Origin: a virus
DNA: 64,000 nucleotides
IMG/VR virus record: IMGVR_UViG_3300042332_000965
Location: 2,396 to 66,395 of that record
Reading direction: 5' to 3' (one strand)
In this document: piece after piece, positions 57,336-64,000 of the stretch
Layout: every line of letters begins with the position of its first letter
How positions within the stretch are numbered: position 1 is the stretch's first letter
Translations under genes and position numbers: made by a program
Notes under the pieces: generated by a model
Told to the model about the DNA's origin: nothing
Databases searched by the model: none
What the model saw: the letters and a program-made list of their open reading frames with translations, nothing else

Positions 57336-57842
57336 TTAGCCGACTACTTCGTAAGCTGCGTTAGGCTTGAAGCTACCGTTGTGGTCAACGATGTTTTGCA
57401 TGATCGCAAGCAAGCGATCTTCTGCGTCTAGGATCTGACGAAGCCAGGAATCTTGGCTAACGCCGCAAAGTTCGAAGGCGTCTTCGATAAGATTCAATTG
57501 TTCTTCTGAGAAAGCATCTTTGAGAGCATCGGTGGTGGACGCACAGCTTATTCCCCAGCCTTTTTCGAACTCGTAGTGGTTGTACTTGGAAACTTTACAG
57601 AGCATCATCGCTCCGCGAGCACAGACGGTGCATTCTTCCTTGAGTTTCTCGGCTACTTTGGTAGCCTTACCTTCGGTTTCTATTACCCCAGTTAGTTCGT
57701 CCCATCCTTTATCGTGGACGACATAGCCGTAGGATGACTTCACCTTCAGTCTTTTTGCCTGGATGTGCTTAATCACATCCTTAGCGATGGCTACCCTTCG
57801 CTCTGCCCTTGTCATTTTGTCGTAGGCGGTACTCATATCCAA
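57336..57842 (-). CDS. hypothetical protein
   Basis: GGAGA RBS; RVAIAKDVI, CTVCARG, RLLAIMQNIV. Confidence 0.65.
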   Translation of the reverse strand: MDMSTAYDKMTRAERRVAIAKDVIKHIQAKRLKVKSSYGYVVHDKGWDELTGVIETEGKATKVAEKLKEECTVCARGAMMLCKVSKYNHYEFEKGWGISCASTTDALKDAFSEEQLNLIEDAFELCGVSQDSWLRQILDAEDRLLAIMQNIVDHNGSFKPNAAYEVVG

Positions 57843-57860
57843 ATCTCCCGAAAACTAAAA

Positions 57861-57891
57861 TTATAAAACTCAGAGCCTTCGCGACTCTGAG
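57861..57891 (-). terminator. terminator after tRNA-Glu
   Basis: Minus strand CTCAGAG...CTCTGAG hairpin then TTTTATAA. Confidence 0.55.
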
Positions 57892-57894
57892 GAG

Positions 57895-57967
57895 TGCTTC
57901 GTATGAGAATTGAACTCATGTTACGTCCTTGAAAGGGACGTGTGATAGGCCACTACACTAACGAAGC
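57895..57967 (-). tRNA. tRNA-Glu(TTC)
   Basis: GCTTCGT/ACGAAGC acceptor, D loop TAGTGGCCTAT, CGTCC-CTTTCAA-GGACG, ATGAG-TTCAATT-CTCAT; CCA not encoded. Confidence 0.9.
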
Positions 57968-58086
57968 AGATTACCGTGGATTACCCGCCACGGTGTCGGG
58001 AGCTTTGACAAACCAGATCAGAAGTAACCTACGTTCCTTCCTCGGCTCGCGAGACTTGTACTCTCGCTTTGCCTAGTTCACTATCA

Positions 58087-59376
58087 CTATACGCAGTTTT
58101 CTTCGTGCTCAGTGATGAATCTGAAAACATTTTCAGAAAAACCGGTGATACTTACTATATCACCGTAGGTAATAGTAGGCTGGTAAGCAGCTACGTTGAT
58201 AACGTACATGCTCTTGCAGCCTGCTGGCTTGACTACGCGATCGTGGGACTGTTCGTCAGTGATGACGATTACCCGATCGTACTGCTTAGGTAAAGCCTGT
58301 AGGGCTTGGCCTAAGTAGGTTCCGCTGTGGTGCTGTGACCTCAGGATCTCGTCGATCGCTGGTAGTCCACCGAAAGTTTGCACTTTCACTAGACTGTTCG
58401 AGAAACTGAATACATCACAGTTCCCAGGGTAACAAGCAGCCAAAGCTGCTGCGGCATCGGCTCGCGACATATCGGACTTCGCCGATACTTTCGGCCCGAA
58501 CATGCTACCTGAAACATCCACCAGTACAGCCGTGCTGCCCTTCAGCTTAGGCAAGTTGTTGACTGCTCGCAGCAACATCTTGTTAAGCATGTTCATGTGC
58601 TCAGGCGAAGCTCGATAGGCAGCCACGTACCGGAAAGGGAATACCTTAGAAGCGTCACACGCTTCCATAGCTTCCTCAATCAAGTCACGGCTAACACCGA
58701 CAGCTTCCATGTTCCGCAAGTTGCGGATCAAGGCTAGTGCTCCCAGCTTTCGTTCGCTTAGGAGTCGTTCCCACGACGCACGGTTGTTACCGTTGGCCGA
58801 GATCTCGACTTCCCAAGTATCTGGCGTAGCCAGTTGCTTGTTAGCGATACGTGCGAACAAAGCCTTCTCGGCTTCGTCCCTAGGCTTAGGGTGCGTCAGG
58901 AACATTACGTCGCGTAGCGAGAACTTAGCATTGTCCCCTCGGTACTTGGCGAACTGGTACTCGCTGAACTTATGAAAGCAGTCAGCTAAGCCTCGCTTTA
59001 CGCGAGACGGTAGCTTCCGTCCATAAAGAGACACGAATTCTCCCATTTCGTCAGGTCGCGAAATCACCTTTCGGCAAGCATCGCGGAAGTAAGGCCCTGG
59101 TACATCAGCTAGGTGCTTCAGTAGCAGCAATGGTGCATGTCGGATACCCATAACAAATCGAGCGTTTACCGCAACTTCGGCCACTTGGGCCGGAGCGATT
59201 TGGCTCGCTAATTGGGTAATCCGACTTGCGATCGATACGCCGTTTTCGTAAAAGCCGTCTTCCCATAGGAAGCAAGCACAGATAGCCCTGTTAAGTTCAA
59301 TGATCGCATACTGTCGGCGTGCAACGCCGCCTTCGTACGTGGTCAGCTTAGACTTTTCCCTTACGTTGGTCTTCAT
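58087..59376 (-). CDS. rsr: TROVE + vWA protein (Ro60/Rsr orthologue)
   Basis: TYEGG, LWEDGFYE, FSEYQFAKY, LRDVMFLTHPKP, PDTWE, ALIRNLRN, VFPFR; MIDAS VDVSGSM and ITDEQ. Confidence 0.92.
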   Translation of the reverse strand: MKTNVREKSKLTTYEGGVARRQYAIIELNRAICACFLWEDGFYENGVSIASRITQLASQIAPAQVAEVAVNARFVMGIRHAPLLLLKHLADVPGPYFRDACRKVISRPDEMGEFVSLYGRKLPSRVKRGLADCFHKFSEYQFAKYRGDNAKFSLRDVMFLTHPKPRDEAEKALFARIANKQLATPDTWEVEISANGNNRASWERLLSERKLGALALIRNLRNMEAVGVSRDLIEEAMEACDASKVFPFRYVAAYRASPEHMNMLNKMLLRAVNNLPKLKGSTAVLVDVSGSMFGPKVSAKSDMSRADAAAALAACYPGNCDVFSFSNSLVKVQTFGGLPAIDEILRSQHHSGTYLGQALQALPKQYDRVIVITDEQSHDRVVKPAGCKSMYVINVAAYQPTITYGDIVSITGFSENVFRFITEHEENCV

Positions 59377-59407
59377 AATTCCTCCCGAGAAATGCTTCGA
59401 AAAAAAA

Positions 59408-59549
59408 AACGCAGACGAGAAAAAGCGATACGGAAATTGTCGTGCTCTACCATTGAGCTACAGGCCGGTATTAACCGGCCCAGAGGGACTCGAACCCCCA
59501 ACCACGTCATTAAAAGTGAAGTAACCGTATCAATCGCATCGTCTGCGTT
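59408..59549 (-). ncRNA. yrlA: YrlA-type Y RNA with permuted tRNA-like domain
   Basis: Closing stem AACGCAGACGA/TCGTCTGCGTT; GATGCGA-N7-GGTTACTTC; T arm GGGGG-TTCGAGT-CCCTC, loop-closed acceptor GGCCGGT/ACCGGCC, D arm GCTC-AATGGTA-GAGC; U-tract after; adjacent to Ro gene. Confidence 0.88.
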
Positions 59550-59556
59550 GGTTTTA

Positions 59557-59620
59557 GCCTTTGAGTACAGGCAACAGGGTTCTATTTATGCGAAGTAACC
59601 CTGTTTATCGCTTCAAAGGC
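59557..59620 (-). ncRNA. short Y RNA-like hairpin 2 (putative Ro-binding stem only)
   Basis: GCCTTTGA/TCAAAGGC; GAAGCGA-N7-GGTTACTTC; AACAGGGTT/AACCCTGTT. Confidence 0.75.
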
Positions 59621-59627
59621 AGTTTAT

Positions 59628-59693
59628 ACTGCGAGATCAAATTCTGACGGTATTTTTCTAAACCTGAAGTAACCGTCAAAGTCGCTTCGCAGT
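59628..59693 (-). ncRNA. short Y RNA-like hairpin 3 (putative Ro-binding stem only)
   Basis: ACTGCGA/TCGCAGT; GAAGCGA-N7-GGTTACTTC; TTTGACGGT/ACCGTCAGA. Confidence 0.75.
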
Positions 59694-59810
59694 GTTTTGT
59701 GGACCGGTCTAACCGGTCGTTTGTCTTACACTACCAATATACGCAGACTTCCGGGAACCGGAAGCTAAAATCTCCAAGAATCTAGGAAATTATTCCGCAG
59801 CCTTAGTATA

Positions 59811-59838
59811 TTGCAGGATTTTGTATTTCTGGTATCAT
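59811..59838 (+). promoter_or_regulatory. promoter candidate for large structured RNA
   Basis: TTGCAG-16-TATCAT with TG extended -10. Confidence 0.5.
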
Positions 59839-59844
59839 GGTGGC

Positions 59845-60341
59845 TATTCCGTAGGGATGCCTGGAAAGCTACCTACGGTTTGGTGTCGGACCCGCAAAGG
59901 CGGGTAATGGATTCACAGATGGGACGATCGCTTGGGCGGATACAATCCGTTTGACAATGTAAGTTGCCTGGGGTTTCCACTACTTAGCCTTGCTGGGTCC
60001 AGCGGACTGGCTCTATAGTCAGTACGGTTAGTGTCAGGTACCAAATAGCCTAGGGCGTGATTCACGCCATTAGCTACCCTGACGCAAGAGGGCCATAGCC
60101 CTCGGGCTGGAGCGGGACTGACTATCCCGCTGCGGTAGATAGACGGTAAAATCCAATCCAGGCAATGCCTACCCAGCAACCTGGACAGCCATACTGCGAA
60201 AGCAGCTACCGTCCGGCTACCGGACCTAGGGAATCAACATACTCCCTACGCCACGCACCAAGGAATCCAAAGCTACCCCGAAAGCATAGGCACCAAGGCT
60301 TATGGCTGGATAAGGGAAGTCCTCTGGACTTCCCGCATTTT
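59845..60341 (+). ncRNA. candidate large structured non-coding RNA (~490 nt)
   Basis: No credible ORF; more than ten hairpins, several 6-9 nt long-range complements; promoter upstream and GGGAAGTCC/GGACTTCCC-GCATTTT hairpin at the end. Confidence 0.55.
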
Positions 60342-60363
60342 ATAAGAAAATTAGAGAAAATAC

Positions 60364-60468
60364 TTGACTGATAGCTAAGTTTCGTTAGAATGAAGCACTG
60401 GCAGATCCAATTGCCTTCCGATAGCCGGTTTACCTTTTGGCGGGGGTAAACCGGCTCTTTTCGTTTTT
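60364..60468 (+). ncRNA. small promoter-terminator unit (~65-nt sRNA or attenuator)
   Basis: TTGACT-16-TAGAAT; GGCA/TGCC mini-hairpin; AGCCGGTTTACC/GGTAAACCGGCT then CTTTTCGTTTTT. Confidence 0.5.
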
Positions 60469-60504
60469 GTGCGGGTTTTACCCGCCTGTGGTACACTTAG
60501 TCCT

Positions 60505-60885
60505 ATGCCAGACTTTATACCCCCACAATACAATAAAACGCTTTGGGTCGGGAACCATAATCCTTGGGCCTTTGGCTTTTTCACGAACGGAACTACCACC
60601 ACGACCGAGTACCCGTTAACGGGTATTAGGGTCAATGTGACGGTCTACAAAGGGGATGAGAGGCTGGTTGGCAAATCCACAGCCGCTACGCCTACCCCTA
60701 CAGTCACGGTAACCGGCAGTCGTATCGACACTGAGTTTACGCCCGACGATACGAGAGTTATTGCCGCTGCCGTGACAGATGGGGTGAAACCCCGCTATGA
60801 AGTTGAATTTTGGGATGGAACGCGAGAAACCACCTGGGTATGGGGTAATATTACTCTGAAGGGTGGAGCCAACGACGATGAGTAG
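60505..60885 (+). CDS. virion protein (baseplate upper/fibre-adaptor-like)
   Basis: Start MPDFIPP; YEVEFWDG...TWVWGNITL pattern; precedes fibre-like genes. Confidence 0.55.
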   Translation: MPDFIPPQYNKTLWVGNHNPWAFGFFTNGTTTTTEYPLTGIRVNVTVYKGDERLVGKSTAATPTPTVTVTGSRIDTEFTPDDTRVIAAAVTDGVKPRYEVEFWDGTRETTWVWGNITLKGGANDDE

Positions 60886-62611
60886 CCCTGAAATAATCGA
60901 AGTCTATGGACCGTCTGGCGGTCCTGATATAGTAGAAGTCATCTCCCAAGGCCCTCCAGGCCCTCCAGGGACCGGTGGCGGCTTGGAACCTATTGCGGCT
61001 AACACCGCATTGGGTAATTTTACTGGATCGTCTGCGATCCCTATCGCACAGAACCAAGCAGCCTGGAAAACATGGCTACACAATTCCAACACCCCGTTAC
61101 CTACTCTTTGGGTCTGGGACAACGGCGATGGCGAGATCTATGTCCGAATGCCTTTCAATTCGACGTTGGATCTCGTTTGTAACATGCGTCGCAACGCTAA
61201 CACGACTGTCCCTAGTTTTATCTTTGACGAACTGGGTACTGTCAGCAATACAAGTGAATACGGTGGAACGCCTACGATCACCTCGATTGCATCTTTCCAG
61301 GACGAGACGATGGGCTACTTGACTGCTGGCAACGGCAGAGCGGGTGGAGCGCATTCGCTGGAAATCGTTTCTGTCACTAAAGCGGGACACGGACTAACGA
61401 CTGCGGACATCGGAAAACGATTCCAAGGTTCTGATAGTCGGATGTACGTCATCACTAACATTATCAGCTCGTCAGTCTTTTGGCTTGCCCAGCAACCAAT
61501 TACGTTGATTGGTGACAGCGGTTTTACTCGATACTTACCTGCTGGTGGCTCTACGCTCACTGGCATGGACGGATTGGCTAACCAAACAGGCTGGACTGCT
61601 GCTTATACCGATTCGTTCTTCGGCCCTACAGCTTGTGCTGACTTACGGCAAGAGTTTCTGATCGACGGAGAACCCCTCGTTCCAGGTCGATTGGTTAATG
61701 GAACACGACTCGACATCATCGAATACACGCGAGTACCCGATCTCCGCAACGCTTATACCTATTTCACTACAACGGGAAGTTCTGCTAGATGGACTGATTC
61801 AGCTTTAGGAAGTATGTGGACGAGGACCGTCCAGTATACTTGGTTCCCATGGTGTCAACTGAGCATCGAAGATAACGCAAGACTGCTTGTCAGTGGTCTA
61901 CGGATGAATGATGCAGGAAACATCCAATACAATCCACTGCTTGGTTTAGTTGGTTCGCAAAACTTACACGTATGGGTTCCTGGTATAGCCCCGATTACGT
62001 TCACCGGAACAACGGTCAATGGTGTAGCAAATCCGACGATCGATTACAACGCACCACAGCCGTTAACAACGGCAAGCGGCACCGACATGACGATGGAAAA
62101 TGCTACTCTCATTGCAGGTACGATCCCTGACCACGTTATTCAGTTTGCTGCTCCTGGTACTGGTTCGATTAGCGGCTGGACTTCAGCTCATTTAGCAGCT
62201 TTCGATCCTACCTTCGGAGATCTTGTTCCAGCTACAAGAACGAGTCACTGCAAAGAGTTTTTGCGAATAGCTCCATCATCTAGGAAGTTCTACCCAATGA
62301 ACTTCTCGATTGATTCAGCACTATCACAATTTCGTACTTTCAAGATGCGCAGTCATAGGCGTTGGACACCACCTGTTAGCGGAATAGACTTCTGGACGTT
62401 TGTTCGTTCCGAGGATTCTTGGCTGGTTTACTTCGCTTGGACAACTGCTACTGGCAACGTGTCAGTAACATTGCCAGATTACTTGGCAGATCTAACAGCA
62501 ACAGCGGTTCGGGCATTCCGAGGGTCGCTTGTCTCGACCGATACGACCAACAAGACGTTGCAGATCAATACAGCTTCGAATAACGGCCACATGATTGTGA
62601 GGCTAGCATGA
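60878..62611 (+). CDS. tail fibre/receptor-binding-like protein
   Basis: IVEVISQGPPGPPG collagen-like start; Thr/Gly/Ser-rich beta body. Confidence 0.6.
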   Translation: MSSPEIIEVYGPSGGPDIVEVISQGPPGPPGTGGGLEPIAANTALGNFTGSSAIPIAQNQAAWKTWLHNSNTPLPTLWVWDNGDGEIYVRMPFNSTLDLVCNMRRNANTTVPSFIFDELGTVSNTSEYGGTPTITSIASFQDETMGYLTAGNGRAGGAHSLEIVSVTKAGHGLTTADIGKRFQGSDSRMYVITNIISSSVFWLAQQPITLIGDSGFTRYLPAGGSTLTGMDGLANQTGWTAAYTDSFFGPTACADLRQEFLIDGEPLVPGRLVNGTRLDIIEYTRVPDLRNAYTYFTTTGSSARWTDSALGSMWTRTVQYTWFPWCQLSIEDNARLLVSGLRMNDAGNIQYNPLLGLVGSQNLHVWVPGIAPITFTGTTVNGVANPTIDYNAPQPLTTASGTDMTMENATLIAGTIPDHVIQFAAPGTGSISGWTSAHLAAFDPTFGDLVPATRTSHCKEFLRIAPSSRKFYPMNFSIDSALSQFRTFKMRSHRRWTPPVSGIDFWTFVRSEDSWLVYFAWTTATGNVSVTLPDYLADLTATAVRAFRGSLVSTDTTNKTLQINTASNNGHMIVRLA

Positions 62612-63306
62612 TCGAGTACCAGATAGTCTCCCAGGATGCCGCAGGCATCGTCACCCGTACTTGGCCTGCTCGTACACCAGAGGCTCATACTCACGTAGCG
62701 TCGGAAATAACGTCAGGGGAGCTTGCTATTGCTCGCATCCCGACTGGAGCTACTTCGAGTACTGTTTGTATCGGAAACGATTCGCGATTAAGTGATGCTA
62801 GAACGCCGACTTCTCACGTTCACGGTAATATATCAAATGTGGGAGCGATAGGCTCAACTGCTGATTTAATAGTCGGTACTGGTGCTTCTGGTATTCTCGA
62901 AACAAAGACAGCTTCGCAGTCGCGTATAGCAATTGGTGTGAACACCGCAGCGGTCAACTGTATTGTCGATGGCAACGACGCAGTTATCGCAGTCGGAGCC
63001 GTTAAGGGGCATGTTTACATTCCATTCGATTGCACAATTACTGGATGGGAGATTGTCGCTAGCGAGTCTGGCGACATGGTTGTCGATATCTGGAAAGACA
63101 CCTTCGCAAATTATCCACCGCTTAACGTATCTGACTCGATCACAGGAACCGCAAAGCCAACGCTCACGGCAAGTGACAAAGCGACAAGCACAACACTTAC
63201 AGACTGGGTAACATCGCTGAATGAAGGTGACTATCTCAAAGTGGAAGTCGAATCCAATTCAGCGATTACTTGGTTCACGCTTGTTTTGAGAGTAACGAGG
63301 GCATAA
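62608..63306 (+). CDS. tail fibre-like protein
   Basis: HTHVASEI, GNDSRLSDARTPTSHVH fibre repeats; C-terminal SGDMVVDIWKD...PP domain. Confidence 0.7.
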   Translation: MIEYQIVSQDAAGIVTRTWPARTPEAHTHVASEITSGELAIARIPTGATSSTVCIGNDSRLSDARTPTSHVHGNISNVGAIGSTADLIVGTGASGILETKTASQSRIAIGVNTAAVNCIVDGNDAVIAVGAVKGHVYIPFDCTITGWEIVASESGDMVVDIWKDTFANYPPLNVSDSITGTAKPTLTASDKATSTTLTDWVTSLNEGDYLKVEVESNSAITWFTLVLRVTRA

Positions 63307-64000
63307 TGGCTTGGAATAGATCACCCAATCAAGTACTCTCATTAGGTGGTGGCGGTTTTACGTCAGGATCTAGGTCTAACGTGTCGTTGAATAGTGCGTA
63401 TGTCCACTTAACAAGTGGTGCGGGATACGGCTTTAGGTTTAGAGCACAAAGTACAGGCGACCTGCAAGAGTTCTACACTTTCCTAGACGCCACAACTGGA
63501 ACGAGAGCTAATGTATCACTTCAATGTAGGCTGTACGAAGGTAATCAAGGAACAAACATAACTAGGCCAGGAGGAACGCTTTTAGCGACTGCAACTAATG
63601 CGTCATTACCAGCAAGTGATGACAGGTGGATACGATGGGAGTTCCCATCGCCAGCTACGATAACGGAAAACAATGTCTACTGGCTTGTAATTGATAACTT
63701 AGCGGCAGTTCCAGCAACAGATTTCCCAGGAATAATTAACGGGTTGAATTTCAGGCATTCAAATAGAATGTCAAGCGACATACCAATCGCGTCATGGTAT
63801 TCCACCACCAATGGGTTTAGCACGGCTGGTAATTCCGGAGGTATAGTTGGAGTTTACGTTGTTGACAGTATTGCTTACGGAAACCCTTTCACGTTAGCAG
63901 TATCGAGCCCATACACTAGCAACACTCTTAGACACGGTGCTTTATTTGCAAATGAGCTTTCGAAGTTTAAGTATTGGGGAGTAAGTATCGACTCTGTAGC
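63306..64000 (+). CDS. virion protein, 3' truncated by window edge
   Basis: TAATG-coupled ATG at 63306; frame MAWNRSPNQVLSLGGGG... open to the end of the window. Confidence 0.65.
   Translation, partial: MAWNRSPNQVLSLGGGGFTSGSRSNVSLNSAYVHLTSGAGYGFRFRAQSTGDLQEFYTFLDATTGTRANVSLQCRLYEGNQGTNITRPGGTLLATATNASLPASDDRWIRWEFPSPATITENNVYWLVIDNLAAVPATDFPGIINGLNFRHSNRMSSDIPIASWYSTTNGFSTAGNSGGIVGVYVVDSIAYGNPFTLAVSSPYTSNTLRHGALFANELSKFKYWGVSIDSV

Noticed and set aside
890-59376. Stop-codon reassignment
   Set aside because: Core genes are full length in the standard code and TAA, TAG and TGA all end genes at tight junctions; no suppressor tRNA was seen.
59518-59690. Mini-CRISPR array suggested by three regularly spaced repeats
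   Set aside because: The conserved part is only short motifs inside covarying hairpins, the spacers are self-complementary, there are no cas genes, and the adjacent TROVE gene explains them as Y RNAs.
59845-60341. RNase P RNA, tmRNA or group I intron identity for the large RNA
   Set aside because: GGAAAG and GGCTTAT-like words occur, but not the full GAGGAAAGTCC/ACAGAA P4 context; no tRNA-like termini; no interrupted host gene.
59300-60635. ORF-track ORFs 59300..59524, 59392..59598, 59913..60179, 60165..60371, 60206..60496, 60375..60635
   Set aside because: No RBS or protein-like motifs; they overlap structured RNA elements on either strand.

Overview
This 64 kb window is most of a tailed dsDNA phage genome, siphovirus-like, read with the standard genetic code. 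The + strand from 0.9 to 22.3 kb is a virion module: large terminase, portal, DUF2213-type protease/scaffold, HK97-fold capsid, a membrane-protein/papain-protease/CxxC cassette, neck and tail genes, a frameshifted tail chaperone, tape measure, a 1073-aa Cys/Thr/Pro-rich mucin-like fibre and a glycosyltransferase-methyltransferase. The - strand from 22.4 to 59.7 kb carries replication and accessory genes: split Rad50 plus Mre11, a family A polymerase split into two genes, beta clamp, clamp loader, RecA, SSB, DnaB, primase, SNF2 helicase, a sigma factor, HNH genes, two more glycosyltransferases and a dispersed paralogue family. A small + strand island holds PhoH. A second + strand fibre module starts at 60.5 kb. 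The most striking content is non-coding. A TROVE/Ro60 (Rsr) gene is preceded by three tandem Y RNA-like hairpins at an exact 74-nt period, one carrying a permuted tRNA-Lys-like domain. There is also a tRNA-Glu(UUC), three further non-canonical tRNA-like RNAs between genes, and a divergent ~490-nt highly structured candidate ncRNA followed by a tiny promoter-terminator RNA. A planctomycete-like host is only an inference from gene content. All calls come from reading motifs and base pairing by eye; no searches were run.
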